From the NCBI GenBank assembly GCA_963711835.1, contig CAVQFQ010000005.1:224001-288000 (forward strand): a DNA stretch of 64,000 nt, in the 5' to 3' direction. This document shows, in pieces, positions 21,120 to 31,777 of the stretch (position 1 is its first letter; each line of letters opens with the position of its first letter). The notes under the pieces are model-generated. The model was not told the DNA's origin and searched no databases. It saw only the letters and a list, made by a program, of their open reading frames with translations. The stretch is from an uncultured delta proteobacterium (GTDB lineage: Bacteria > Desulfobacterota > RBG-13-43-22). Position numbers and translations under genes: made by a program.

Positions 21120-24100
21120 CTATTGAATGGTGGCCAGTTGAACCGAAACCAGCTTGGAGATGCCGGGTTGCTCCATGGTGACCCCGAACAGGGTATCGGC
21201 CATTTCCATTACCCGGCGATTATGGGTTATCAGAATAATTTGAGAATCTTTGACGATACCGTGAACCAGACCTTTGAATCGTTCCACATTGGCCTCATCC
21301 AGAAAGGCATCGATTTCATCCAAAAGGCAAAATGGACTGGGCTTAACTAAGTAAATGGAAAAAAGCAGGGCCAAGGCGGTTAAAGCCTTCTCCCCCCCGG
21401 AAAGGAGACTCATATTGGTCAGCCTTTTCCCCGGGGGATGGACTATTATTTCCACTCCCGATTCCAGAGGGTCATCCTCGTCGGTCAGGGAAAGTTTGGC
21501 GCTCCCCCCGGCGAACAGGATCGGAAAAACCTCCTCCATCTTCTCCTGAACGGACTTAAAGGTCCCCAGGAACAGGTCTTTGGAGGTGGAATTGATTTTA
21601 TGGATGGCCCGTTTCAGGGAGTCGATGGACTTCAACAGATCCTCTTCCTGGGATTTATAAAAATCGTGCCGTTCCTTAAAGGCGTTATATTCTTCAATGG
21701 CCGTCAGGTTCACTTCTCCGATCTGTTCCAATTTTTCCTTAAATTCCTGCCGCTTTTGTTTTAACGATTCGGAATCCTCTTCCCTCTGGCCGTGGGTTTC
21801 GACAATATCTGCTATGGATAAACCGGACCGCTCCAGGGCCAGTTCCTTAAGATGGTCGATCTTCAACACCCGCCGGCTGTTTTCGAGATGAAGTTCATTC
21901 TCAACCGCTTCCGCTTCGGCAACTTTTCCCCGGCTCTCCCTCAAGTCCCCTTCCAGTTCTTCTTTCCGGGCTACCGAATCTTCCCATTTCAGGTTGATTT
22001 CCTTTAAATACTCCTCCAGGCGGCTCACTTTTTCCCCCAGCCCCTGGACGACCCCCTGCCCGATTTGCAGGTTTTCTTTCAGGCCGGATTTGATCTCCTC
22101 GGCCCGGGTTATTTTTTCCAGGATCTTGCTTTGTCGGGTCCGTTTTTCCTCCAGAGCCTCCCGGAGCCGCTGCCATTCCTTGCCAATGTGTTCCCCTTTT
22201 TCTTTTAAGGCCGATAAAAAAGTCTGAGATTGGGTGAAGGCCTCCCTTTTCTGCTCCAGGGCCTCTTCCAGCCCTTTCAGGGTTGCTTCAAAACCCTGGA
22301 TCTCTCCTTTGAGCTCGTGAACGGACTGGTTTAACCGTTCTTCTTCCACAGCCAGGGTGCGTTCTTCGGAGGCGTCATCGGCTTCCAGGGAACGCATTTC
22401 ATCCTCCTCGATACCCAATAACTGGTAACGCTTCTCAAGGGGTTTGGCCTGCTCCTGATAGCCGAAGACCTGTTTTTCGAATTCGAAAAGGCGCTTTTCC
22501 ACCCCGGCCTTTTCCTCTTCCAAAGCCTGCCCTTGGAGGGTCAGGTCCTGAAGGACCGTTTCCAACTCGGCCAGTTCTTCCTTTTTAGAGGCTACCTTGC
22601 CTTGCTGCTCCTGAACCTTATTCTCCAGGCGGCGGATAACATTTTTCTGATAGAGGATCCCGCTTTCAAGGCTTCCCAGACTGCCTCCGGCAATGAACCC
22701 CCGCTGGTCGATCACATCCCCCTCCCGGGTAACCAGGGAAAACTCTCCGGGGCAATTCTCCCAAACCTTCAGGGCCTGGGTAAGATCGGCGACCAAAAAA
22801 TAATTTCCCAGGATGGCCTGTAGCCCTTCCTGGATATCTTCTCCGGCGGACACTTTGGATAACAGGGGTTCCAACCCCTTTTCTTCCCCTGGAAAACCCT
22901 GTTTCCCGGGCCGCTGCACCTGGCCCAGGGGAATAAAACCGGCCTTCCCCCGGTTGGTTTCCTTTAAATAGCGGATTCCCTCCAGGGCCTTTTCCGGATT
23001 TTTTATCAGGATGGCCTGCAAGGCTTCCCCTAAGGCCGCCTCCACGGCCAATTCATAGCCGGGCTCGGTCTCGATCCCTTCGGCCAGCACCATAAAAAAT
23101 TCATGGCTTGGTTCCGACCCGGGCGACCATTTTTCCTGAAGCAGGGTCCGGACCCCGGTCTGGTAGCTTTGGTAATTATCCCGGATTTCCTGAAGATTGT
23201 TTATCTGGGCCAGATCCTGTTGAAGGGTCTGTTCCAACAGACGGAGTTCATCCGCCAGCCCTTTTCTTAGTTCTTTCTTTTGGAATTTCTCCTGCTGGAT
23301 CCGGGAGAGGCTCTCTCCTAATTGTTGTAACGACTGCCGGACCTCGGAAGAAGCGGTTTCCGTCTCCCTACCCGAGGTCCGGAGCTGGTTCAGACGATCT
23401 TGAAGCTGAGCCTTTTCTTCCGCCTGGCGGAGGGTCCTCCGGTTACGATCTTCCCGAACCTTGACCAATCCGGAGCGCTGATTCCTGACTTTGGTCAGCT
23501 CGGTTAATTGGGTAACCAGGAGGTCTTTCAGTTTTTCATGGCTTTCGGCAGTGCGGCTGAGTGCTTCCTTGGCTTGGGCAACGGCCTGTTCCTGTTCCCG
23601 ATCTCTTTCCTGTTCTTTCGAAAACCTCTCGGAAAAAGAGGCTACTTCTTCCTCCAGGGATTTTTCCTCTCTGTTCTTCTCGAGGAGCCAATTTTCTATT
23701 TCCCTGGATTCTCTCTGGTGCTCCAGGTCTTCCCGTTCCAGATTACCGATCTCTTTGGCGTAGTTTTGAACCAGGTCTTCCTGCCGCTGCCATTCCGTTT
23801 TCTGCAGATAATACTGTTCCTGCTGCTCCTTAAGCTCCCGCTCCAGATCCAGGAGTTGCGACTGCAGGACCTGGCCATTTTTTTCCAGGGCCTGAACCTG
23901 CGTTTTGGCCTCTTCCACCCGGCCTTCCTGGTCCAAAAGGTGCCGGTCCTTGAGGACCTTTTCCTGTTCCAGTTCCTGATATTCCCGGGCCAGGAGGACC
24001 AATTCCACCTCCTTGGATTGCTTTCGAATCTCCTTAAAGCGTTCGGCCTTCTTGGCCTGGCGGTACAGAGAATTCATCTGCCGCCGCACCTCGGCAATGA

Positions 24101-24689
24101 CGTCCCCGACCCGCAACAGGTTTTGCTGGGTCAGGTCCAGCTTGCGCAGGCTTTCGTTTTTCTTGCTTTTATATTTGGAAATCCCGGCCGCTTCTTCGAT
24201 CCAGTGGCGGCGATCTTCGGGTTTGGAGTCGATAATCGCCCCCACCCGGCCCTGTTCAATGACGGCATAAGCCTTGCTGCCCGCCCCGGTATCCATAAAA
24301 AGATGGGTGATGTCTTTCAATCGGCAGGGTCTTTTATTAATGGCGTATTCGCTTTCCCCGTCGCGAAACAGACGCCGGGTGACCATAACCTCATTAACAC
24401 CGCTGTATTCGGGGGGCATGGAGCCGTTATCGTTATCGAGGACCAGAGAAACCTCGGCCATGCCGAGAGAAGACTTGCCGTTCGACCCGGCGAAGATGAC
24501 ATCCTCCATCCCCTTGCCGCGGAGCTGTTTGGGGCTTTGTTCACCCATGACCCATTTGATGGCATCCACGATATTGCTTTTCCCGCAGCCGTTGGGTCCG
24601 ACCACCCCGCTGATACCCTTGGGAAAAGGGATCACCGTTTTTTCTTGAAAGGATTTAAACCCGTTAAGTTCCAATCGTTTAATCTTCAC
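21120..24689 (-). CDS. smc: chromosome segregation protein SMC
   Basis: GPNGCGKSN, coiled coils, hinge, LSGGEK and LLDEIDA. Confidence 0.97.
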   Translation of the reverse strand: MKIKRLELNGFKSFQEKTVIPFPKGISGVVGPNGCGKSNIVDAIKWVMGEQSPKQLRGKGMEDVIFAGSNGKSSLGMAEVSLVLDNDNGSMPPEYSGVNEVMVTRRLFRDGESEYAINKRPCRLKDITHLFMDTGAGSKAYAVIEQGRVGAIIDSKPEDRRHWIEEAAGISKYKSKKNESLRKLDLTQQNLLRVGDVIAEVRRQMNSLYRQAKKAERFKEIRKQSKEVELVLLAREYQELEQEKVLKDRHLLDQEGRVEEAKTQVQALEKNGQVLQSQLLDLERELKEQQEQYYLQKTEWQRQEDLVQNYAKEIGNLEREDLEHQRESREIENWLLEKNREEKSLEEEVASFSERFSKEQERDREQEQAVAQAKEALSRTAESHEKLKDLLVTQLTELTKVRNQRSGLVKVREDRNRRTLRQAEEKAQLQDRLNQLRTSGRETETASSEVRQSLQQLGESLSRIQQEKFQKKELRKGLADELRLLEQTLQQDLAQINNLQEIRDNYQSYQTGVRTLLQEKWSPGSEPSHEFFMVLAEGIETEPGYELAVEAALGEALQAILIKNPEKALEGIRYLKETNRGKAGFIPLGQVQRPGKQGFPGEEKGLEPLLSKVSAGEDIQEGLQAILGNYFLVADLTQALKVWENCPGEFSLVTREGDVIDQRGFIAGGSLGSLESGILYQKNVIRRLENKVQEQQGKVASKKEELAELETVLQDLTLQGQALEEEKAGVEKRLFEFEKQVFGYQEQAKPLEKRYQLLGIEEDEMRSLEADDASEERTLAVEEERLNQSVHELKGEIQGFEATLKGLEEALEQKREAFTQSQTFLSALKEKGEHIGKEWQRLREALEEKRTRQSKILEKITRAEEIKSGLKENLQIGQGVVQGLGEKVSRLEEYLKEINLKWEDSVARKEELEGDLRESRGKVAEAEAVENELHLENSRRVLKIDHLKELALERSGLSIADIVETHGQREEDSESLKQKRQEFKEKLEQIGEVNLTAIEEYNAFKERHDFYKSQEEDLLKSIDSLKRAIHKINSTSKDLFLGTFKSVQEKMEEVFPILFAGGSAKLSLTDEDDPLESGVEIIVHPPGKRLTNMSLLSGGEKALTALALLFSIYLVKPSPFCLLDEIDAFLDEANVERFKGLVHGIVKDSQIILITHNRRVMEMADTLFGVTMEQPGISKLVSVQLATIQ

Positions 24690-24956
24690 GTTGCGATCTC
24701 TCCTTCCAGAAATGCCTAAGGCTCGATGAGTTCAATAGGCCGTTTGCCTTCCAAGGGGGCAGAGGGGCTTGAGAAACCCGTTCGGGAATCGCCTTCAATC
24801 CGGATTATCTTGGCTGTTATTTTAAACGAGAAAAGGACTTATTGTAAAGAAAAAAATACAACAGGAAGGATTCTTTTTCAAAGACCCTACCATATCTTGT
24901 AGTCGGACCGCCGCCCTCCAGCCCGCCTAAGGTTGAGTTGGAATCAAACCCTTTGG

Positions 24957-27038
24957 TCAGCCTGAGATGGAAAATTTAGAAAAAACAGCGAACCGGTTAA
25001 AAAGAGAGGTCAGGTAAAAAAGCAGGGCCAGCCGATTATTTTTGACCTGATTATCCGGGGCCATGACCAGGACTTTATCAAAGAAGGCATCAATGGGGGT
25101 CCTGAGCTGGGCCAGCTCCTGGAGATAGGCCAGGAACTTTTGTTCCCGAAATAACTGCTTGAGCCGCTCTTCTTTCTCACGAATCAAGGCCAATAGCTCC
25201 AATTCCTGAGGTTCGATCAGAAGGGCCTTATCCACCAGCCCCAGTTCGGAGGCCGAAATCCCCTTCAAAATATTCAAAGCCCGTTTACAGCCCCTGGTCA
25301 GGGAAGAAAAATCCGGGTGCTGCTGGAATTGGTCTAAGGCCTGGGCTCGGGCCTTCACTTCGCCAAGGTCATCCCAACCGCCGGCCAGGACAGCCTCAAT
25401 GGTCTCCCGGCCGATGCCTTCGGCCTCCAAAAGGTGCCCCAGGCGCAGGTTGAAAAATTCAAAGAGATTCCTTTTAATCTGCTCGGGCGCCTCTCCCGCC
25501 ACATTCGTAAAGGACTCAAGCCCGCGATCGAACACCCGGGACAAGGACAGGGAATAGCCCTTATCCCAGATAACCAGAATCAGGCCCTGGGCCATCCGGC
25601 GCAGGGCATACGGATCGGCCGAGCCGGTTGGGATCTGGCCCAGGCTGAAAAAACCCAGGAGCGAATCGAGACGATCGGCCATTCCCACCAAAGCCCCGGT
25701 GGTGCTTTGGGGCAAAGCCCCGTCATGGGAATAAGGCCGGTAATGGTCCTCGATCCCCTGGGCCACCTCTTCCGGTTCCCCGGCCCGCAAGGCGTATTCC
25801 CGGCCCATTATCCCCTGCAGGGTGGGAAATTCTCCAACCATATGGGTGGTCAGGTCGGCCTTGCATAACCAGGCGGTTCTGGCAACCCCTTCCGTCTTCT
25901 CCGGCGCCAGTTTCCGGGCCAGGAAGGCGGCCAAGGCCACGATCCGTTCCACCTTTTCATAGGACGTTCCCAGGCGGGAGTGAAAGACCACCCCTTTCAA
26001 GAGCGAAATCTTTTTTTCCAAAGGTTCTTTCAGGTCCTCCAGGAAAAAAAACCGGGCGTCCGAAAGGCGGGCTCGAAGGACCTTTTCATGGCCCCGAATA
26101 ACCTGGTCCGAATTTTGGACCTCGGTATTATTGACGGCAATGAAGCGCGGCATCAAGGAACCATCGGTCTTAAACAAAGGGAAATAACGCTGGTGTTCTT
26201 TCATGGAAGTAATCAAAACCTGGGCCGGAAGGGCCAAGAAGGCCTCGTCGAACCGACCTTCTACCGGAGCCGGGTATTCCACTAAATGGGTCACCTCTTG
26301 AACCAGCTCGGGGTCGGGCAAAAGCGTCCCCCCGGCCTTTTTTGAGAGGCTCTCCAATCCCTTCAGGAGCAAGGCCCGGCGCGTTTCCGGATCTGCGATT
26401 ACAAAGGCTTCCTGGAGTTTGGGCAGATAGTCGGCCGCATCCCGAAGAGAAATAGGCCCTCCGGCCATGAAACGATGCCCCCGGGTTTGGTTTCCGCTTT
26501 CAATCTCTCCGATTCGAAAGGGAATCACCTGATCCCCCCAAAGGGCCACCAGCCAATGAATAGGGCGGGCAAAACGAATGGTCCCTTCTCCCCAGCGCAT
26601 AGATTTAGGAAAAGGAAGGTCCAGAATAAGTTGGGGAAGCAGTTCCCTTAAAACCGTTGCAGCGGCCAGGCCCTTGGTTTTATGCCTTAGTCCCAGATAA
26701 ATCCCTTTAGGGGTGTCAATGAGTTCCAATTCTTCGAGGGCCCGTTTTTTGGCCTTGGCAAAGCCATAAGCCACCTGGGTCGGTTGGCCGTCTTCCGAAA
26801 AAGCCCGATTTTGAGGAGGACCGATGATCGTTTCCTCCTGATCGGTCTGGAAGGAAGCCAGATCTGAGACAAAAAGCGTCAGGCGTCTGGGCGTACCCAT
26901 GGTTTTCAATTCACCAAAACTTAGACGCTGCTGCTGAAGTCTTTCCCGGGCCGACTCCTTTAAGGCTTGTAAGGCCCCGGGAATAAAGCGGGCCGGGATT
27001 TCTTCAGTGCCGATTTCCAATAAAAAAGTGTCTTTCAT
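24957..27038 (-). CDS. glyS: glycine-tRNA ligase beta subunit
   Basis: LLEIGTEEIP, TPRRL, KSMRWG, EFPTLQG and NRLALL. Confidence 0.96.
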   Translation of the reverse strand: MKDTFLLEIGTEEIPARFIPGALQALKESARERLQQQRLSFGELKTMGTPRRLTLFVSDLASFQTDQEETIIGPPQNRAFSEDGQPTQVAYGFAKAKKRALEELELIDTPKGIYLGLRHKTKGLAAATVLRELLPQLILDLPFPKSMRWGEGTIRFARPIHWLVALWGDQVIPFRIGEIESGNQTRGHRFMAGGPISLRDAADYLPKLQEAFVIADPETRRALLLKGLESLSKKAGGTLLPDPELVQEVTHLVEYPAPVEGRFDEAFLALPAQVLITSMKEHQRYFPLFKTDGSLMPRFIAVNNTEVQNSDQVIRGHEKVLRARLSDARFFFLEDLKEPLEKKISLLKGVVFHSRLGTSYEKVERIVALAAFLARKLAPEKTEGVARTAWLCKADLTTHMVGEFPTLQGIMGREYALRAGEPEEVAQGIEDHYRPYSHDGALPQSTTGALVGMADRLDSLLGFFSLGQIPTGSADPYALRRMAQGLILVIWDKGYSLSLSRVFDRGLESFTNVAGEAPEQIKRNLFEFFNLRLGHLLEAEGIGRETIEAVLAGGWDDLGEVKARAQALDQFQQHPDFSSLTRGCKRALNILKGISASELGLVDKALLIEPQELELLALIREKEERLKQLFREQKFLAYLQELAQLRTPIDAFFDKVLVMAPDNQVKNNRLALLFYLTSLFNRFAVFSKFSISG

Positions 27039-27148
27039 AACCCTCTCAACGATCCGCTCTCAGCGCCGAACCTTCCGGCGGGTAAGGACCTGAATCTTCT
27101 CTTTCGAACTTTCCCCTGGTACCGTTCAAAAGGATCGGCATCCGATTA

Positions 27149-27430
27149 GGGTCTCAAAATAATTGTGACCAACAGGGACCGAGGGGTCTTCTTTTCTGGG
27201 TTGTCCACCTTCAAGCCCGAAGCTTCTTTGCCGGGCCAAATTCGGGATCTAATTCAAAGACAGGCCTACACTATGCCCGAAACGGACTTAGGTGAATGCC
27301 CTGCACCTAATCCACTTAGCCGACCGGGCCGGGATAGGGCGATGATTTACCCTTTGGACAACCCAGAAAAGAAGACCCCTCGGTCCCACTAATGCAATCT
27401 TCTCGATTTCATCTTACGACTATGAGACCC
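27149..27430. mobile_element. MITE-like element with terminal IRs, TTA target duplication and an internal 33-bp perfect IR
   Basis: TTA|GGGTCTCA...TGAGACCC|TTA; inner IR 27175-27207 is the exact reverse complement of 27355-27387. Confidence 0.75.
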
Positions 27431-27434
27431 TTAC

Positions 27435-28307
27435 TTAAATGGAAAGCAAGGGGAACCCTGATGATTCTCTTTGGGCCAGGTGTTCCTGGGCCACCGATCG
27501 GGCCAATTCGCGTATCCGGGCTATGTAGCCCGTCCTTTCGGTAACACTGATAGCCCCCCGGGCGTCCAGGATATTAAAGACATGGGAACATTTTAAACAG
27601 AAATCATAGGCCGGTCGGGGAAGGTTCAGGGCCGTCAGGCGCCGGCTCTCCTGCTCATAATCCTGAAAGTGTTTTTTTAACAGGCCGACATCGGCCTGGT
27701 CGAAATTATAGGTTGAAAATTCAAACTCGGTCCGGTGATGGATCTCACCATAGGCTATCCGGTCGTTCCATTTTAAATGGTAAACATTATCCACATCCTG
27801 GAGATACATAGCGATCCGTTCCAGGCCATAGGTCAGTTCCACCGGGATGGGAGAAAGATCGATCCCGCCGCATTGCTGAAAATAGGTAAACTGGGTTATT
27901 TCCATCCCGTCCAGCCAGACTTCCCAGCCTAAGCCCCAGGCCCCTAAGGTGGGTGATTCCCAGTCGTCTTCCACGAAGCGGAGGTCATGGTCCAGGGCCT
28001 GGATACCGAAGCTCTCCAGACTTTTCAGGTAGATCTCCTGAACATCCCGGGGGGAGGGTTTAAGGATGACCTGGTACTGGTAATAATGCTGCAAGCGGTT
28101 GGGGTTTTCTCCATAGCGGCCGTCGGTCGGCCGCCGGGAGGGTTCGACATAGGCCGCCCGCCAGGGTTCAGGTCCCAAGACCCTCAGGAAGGTAGCCGGA
28201 TGAAAAGTCCCGGCCCCAACTTCGCAATCATAGGGTTGCAGCAAAAGGCAGCCCTGGTCGGCCCAAAAGGCATTCAGGGCTTCGATTAATTCTTGAAAGG
28301 TCAGCAC
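27435..28307 (-). CDS. glyQ: glycine-tRNA ligase alpha subunit
   Basis: [32 protein letters not shown] and ELTYGLER. Confidence 0.97.
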   Translation of the reverse strand: MLTFQELIEALNAFWADQGCLLLQPYDCEVGAGTFHPATFLRVLGPEPWRAAYVEPSRRPTDGRYGENPNRLQHYYQYQVILKPSPRDVQEIYLKSLESFGIQALDHDLRFVEDDWESPTLGAWGLGWEVWLDGMEITQFTYFQQCGGIDLSPIPVELTYGLERIAMYLQDVDNVYHLKWNDRIAYGEIHHRTEFEFSTYNFDQADVGLLKKHFQDYEQESRRLTALNLPRPAYDFCLKCSHVFNILDARGAISVTERTGYIARIRELARSVAQEHLAQRESSGFPLLSI

Positions 28308-28337
28308 TCAACCTCCTCTATTCGGAATTTTTCGTTT

Positions 28338-29096
28338 TTATTCATAGGCTTCCTGAACCTGTTTCAGATAGCGAACCGATTCCAGTTCCTTACCGAGCAC
28401 TTGCCGTGAAAAGTCTTCCAGGATATTTTCAATTTCCGCTTTGACAGCCGGGGTAAAACGGATCCGGAAGACTTTGGAAAGTTCTTTAACCAGGGATTGT
28501 TGAAGGCTTTGAAGCGCCCCCGGGGAAATTCGGGCCCCCTTCCCTTTAAGGCAACCCGGGCAGAGGACCCCTCCCCTTTCCGAAGAAAAAAACGGTTCGG
28601 CGATGGCCTCGATCTTTTTTCGGCAAGCCAGACAAGAACCGAGATGAAGTCCGTATCCGGCCAACTTGAGGAGCCGGAGTTCAACTATGGCTTTTAGCGC
28701 CGGATCCCCGTTCTTTTGATTTAAACGATGTAAGGCTTCGGTGAGTAAGTCAAAGACCTCTCTATTGGGATCCCGGATCGGGAACAACTCCTTGATCATT
28801 TCACAGAAGAATCCGGCCTGTCCCCATTTTCGGAAATCTTTGCCGATGCCCGCAAAGGATTCAATCAATTCCCCTTGATCGAGGCGGACCAGGGAAGCAT
28901 TTTCTTTTTCAAAAAAGAACAACCGGACCCAGGATAAGGGCTCGAGACAATGAATAAATCTCCTTTTGCTCTTCTTAGCCCCTTTGGCTATGCCAACCAG
29001 CCGTCCCAGGTCGGCTGAAAAAAAATTGACGATCAGGTCCGATTCCTGAAAAGGTTTGACCTGTAAAATGATTGCCTCGGTATTTGCAGCCGGCAT
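28338..29096 (-). CDS. recO: DNA repair protein RecO
   Basis: ESDLIV, GIAKGAKKSKRRF and a CxxC...CxxC zinc finger; conserved position upstream of glyQ. Confidence 0.9.
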   Translation of the reverse strand: MPAANTEAIILQVKPFQESDLIVNFFSADLGRLVGIAKGAKKSKRRFIHCLEPLSWVRLFFFEKENASLVRLDQGELIESFAGIGKDFRKWGQAGFFCEMIKELFPIRDPNREVFDLLTEALHRLNQKNGDPALKAIVELRLLKLAGYGLHLGSCLACRKKIEAIAEPFFSSERGGVLCPGCLKGKGARISPGALQSLQQSLVKELSKVFRIRFTPAVKAEIENILEDFSRQVLGKELESVRYLKQVQEAYE

Positions 29097-29121
29097 GATT
29101 GTCCCAAATAATCCAAACCCG

Positions 29122-30417
29122 TTATGGATAGAGGCGATAGAGCGTTCTGGGGAAAGGAATGGTCTCCCGGACATGCTTCAGGCCGCAAACCCAGGTCACC
29201 AGGCGTTCCAGCCCCAATCCGAAGCCGCCATGGGGAACGCTCCCATACCGTCTCAGGTCCAGGTACCATTTTAGATCCTCTTCCGACAGCCCGTTTTCCC
29301 GTATCCTTTCCTGCAAGCGGGCTAGATCCGCTTCCCTCTCAGACCCGCCGATAATTTCCCCATATCCTTCGGGCGCCAAGAGGTCCATGTTCAGGACCAG
29401 CCGGGGGTCCTCCGGATCTCTTTTCATATAAAAGGCCTTGGAGGCCGCCGGATAACGATGAATAAAAACCGGTTTTTCGAACCGCAAAGAAATTTGGGTT
29501 TCTTCATCTCCGCCCAGGTCTTCACCGAAGGCCAGGGCCATTCCGCAATCGCTCAATACATCAAGGGCTTCTTGATAGGAGAGGCGTGGGAAAGGCGGCC
29601 TTACTTTTTCCAGGGCGGCTGGGTCCCGCTCCAGGAGTTTGAGTTCTTCGGAGCGGTTTTCCAACACCCGGGTCACCATAAAGGAAACCAACTGCTCCGA
29701 CCAGAAAACCAGTTCTTCCAAATCGGCGAAGGCAATTTCAGGTTCCACCATCCAAAATTCGGTCAGGTGGCGCCGGGTTTTGGACTTTTCCGCCCGGAAG
29801 GCCGGCCCGAAACAATAGACCCGGCTAAAGGCCATGGCCCCGGCTTCCATATAGAGCTGGCCGCTTTGAGAGAGATAGGCCTGGCCCTGATCAAAATAGG
29901 GGGTCGCAAAAAGATTGCTGGTTCCTTCGCAGGCCGCCGGAGTCAGGATGGGGGCATCCAACAGAATAAAATGATGGTTGTCCAAAAAGTCCCGGGCCGC
30001 CCGGACCAGTTCATGACGGATCCACAAGACCGCTTGCTGGCGGGCCGTTCGCAGCCATAGGTGCCGGTTTTCCATCAAAAAAGCGATACCGTGTTCCTTG
30101 GGAGAAATGGGATAATCCTGGGCCGTATTAAAAAGAGTGAGGCTGGAAACCTCCAGTTCCACCCCGCCCGGGGCCCGGGGATCTTCGTGAAGCACCCCGG
30201 TCAGAGAAAAGGAGGTTTCCTGGGTCAGTTGATCATAGGCCTCAAGAACGGCCGGGGCCACCCGGCTTTTTATCAAGAGGGCCTGCAGGATGCCGGTTCC
30301 GTCCCGTAGGACTGCAAAACGGACCTGCCCGCTGGAGCGTTTATGAACCAACCAGCCCCGGATGGTGACTTCCTGCCCCAGAAACTCCCGGCATTGACGG
30401 ATAAAAATTTTAGACAT
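29122..30417 (-). CDS. asnS: asparagine-tRNA ligase
   Basis: ACEG, AYLSQSGQLY, FRAEKSKTRRHLTEFWM and YGSVPHGGFGLGLER. Confidence 0.93.
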   Translation of the reverse strand: MSKIFIRQCREFLGQEVTIRGWLVHKRSSGQVRFAVLRDGTGILQALLIKSRVAPAVLEAYDQLTQETSFSLTGVLHEDPRAPGGVELEVSSLTLFNTAQDYPISPKEHGIAFLMENRHLWLRTARQQAVLWIRHELVRAARDFLDNHHFILLDAPILTPAACEGTSNLFATPYFDQGQAYLSQSGQLYMEAGAMAFSRVYCFGPAFRAEKSKTRRHLTEFWMVEPEIAFADLEELVFWSEQLVSFMVTRVLENRSEELKLLERDPAALEKVRPPFPRLSYQEALDVLSDCGMALAFGEDLGGDEETQISLRFEKPVFIHRYPAASKAFYMKRDPEDPRLVLNMDLLAPEGYGEIIGGSEREADLARLQERIRENGLSEEDLKWYLDLRRYGSVPHGGFGLGLERLVTWVCGLKHVRETIPFPRTLYRLYP

Positions 30418-30497
30418 GGTTAAATTGGAAAGTTAGAGATAAATTTTCAGATTGTTAACACATTAGGTGTTTGAAAATTTGTCAAAGCTAATTTTTC

Positions 30498-30660
30498 TTG
30501 GCACGGATTACACGGATAAACACGGTTAAGTTAAGAAAGGGATTGGCAAGGTTGCCAATCCCTTGCCTTCCGGCCCCTGGAGGGCAGTATGATTTTTCCC
30601 CCGCGATCCTTCCGCAGGGGAAAAATAAAGCATCCGTGGCATCCGTGAAATCCGTGCCAA
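30498..30660. repeat. palindromic intergenic element bounded by (CACGGAT)n / (ATCCGTG)n arrays
   Basis: ttggcacggattacacggataaacacgg ... atccgtggcatccgtgaaatccgtgccaa; internal hairpin aagggattggcaa/ttgccaatccctt. Confidence 0.7.
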
Positions 30661-30709
30661 AAGTTTATAGAAAGCTAAATAAATTCTCAGATTGTAATTT
30701 CCAAAAACT

Positions 30710-31657
30710 CTAAAGCAATATCTGGATATACGACCGCTCCCGCAATTTCAGGATCCATTGGCCGAAACGCTTGTCCACTTCTTCTTGAAAAAGTCTTTCT
30801 TGAATCCGGTCCTTGGCTTCAAGATAGGTCAGCTCCTTTTTCTGTTTATAATCTATCAGTCGTATGATCTGCCAGCCCTGAGGCGACTGGAGGATGGAGC
30901 TGACCTCCCCCGGTTTCAGCTTTATTACGGTCTCACGAAGAGCCGGGTCGATTTCATCCAGGGCAAATATCCCCAGGTCCCCCCCCTGGGAAGCGGAAGG
31001 ATCCTGGGAATAGGATCGGGCCAGGTCCTCAAAGGCCTCCCCTTTTTTAAGCCGGGCCAGGACTTCTTCGGCCTTCAGCCTTTGTTTTGAGGCTTCTTCC
31101 GTGCTGTTTGGATTGACCATTATAAGAATATGGGCCAGGTGGACCCCCTCGGGCTGCTGAAATTTGTCTTTATTGTTCTGATAGGCTTCCTGGATCACAG
31201 TCTCCGAAATGACGATCTTACTTCCGATTTCCCGGCTCACCAGTTTATAGCGCTGGATCTGTTCCCGGATCTTACCGCGAATTTCCTCTTCCGTCAGGCC
31301 TTCCCGCTCCAGGCTGGCCTTAAAGGCCTCGGCCTTCTCCAATCCCTGTTCTTTGCGAAGGCGGTTGATGGTCTGTTCCACCTCTTCTTTTGAGACCTGA
31401 AGCCCGGCCTTTTTTATGGATTGGTCCACCAATTTTTGATCAATAAGGGTGAATAAAACCTCCTTCCGGATCTCGTCTTGCTTTCCCTCGGGAATCTGCG
31501 AAGCCACTGTTTTCATGGCTTTTTCCAGCTCCAAGGAGGTCACAATATCGTTATTGACGATGGCCACGATCCGGTTGGAGGTTTGGGCCTGCAGGCTTCC
31601 CCCGGCCAGGGTTCCCATCAAGGCCAGGAACCAGTACATGATCTGTTTTTTCAGCAT
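30710..31657 (-). CDS. SurA-like periplasmic chaperone / parvulin PPIase
   Basis: Signal peptide, RIVAIVNNDIVT, HILI, FEDLARSYSQD and GGDLG. Confidence 0.88.
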   Translation of the reverse strand: MLKKQIMYWFLALMGTLAGGSLQAQTSNRIVAIVNNDIVTSLELEKAMKTVASQIPEGKQDEIRKEVLFTLIDQKLVDQSIKKAGLQVSKEEVEQTINRLRKEQGLEKAEAFKASLEREGLTEEEIRGKIREQIQRYKLVSREIGSKIVISETVIQEAYQNNKDKFQQPEGVHLAHILIMVNPNSTEEASKQRLKAEEVLARLKKGEAFEDLARSYSQDPSASQGGDLGIFALDEIDPALRETVIKLKPGEVSSILQSPQGWQIIRLIDYKQKKELTYLEAKDRIQERLFQEEVDKRFGQWILKLRERSYIQILL

Positions 31658-31777
31658 ACCTTTGTTCTCCCGGTTTTCCGGATTGGGATTTTTTCTTTTC
31701 TTGTTTCCAGGGGATCTAAAAAAGAATGCCCTGACTGCCAGGGCATTCCGAATTTTTATAGGGAAACGACTTGGCCC

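Noticed and set aside
23508-24719. 403-aa plus-strand ORF and similar antisense ORFs (20167-20847, 56961-57767, 58843-59598)
   Set aside because: Shadow ORFs opposite smc, ftsY, ppdK and ahcY, with no recognisable motifs
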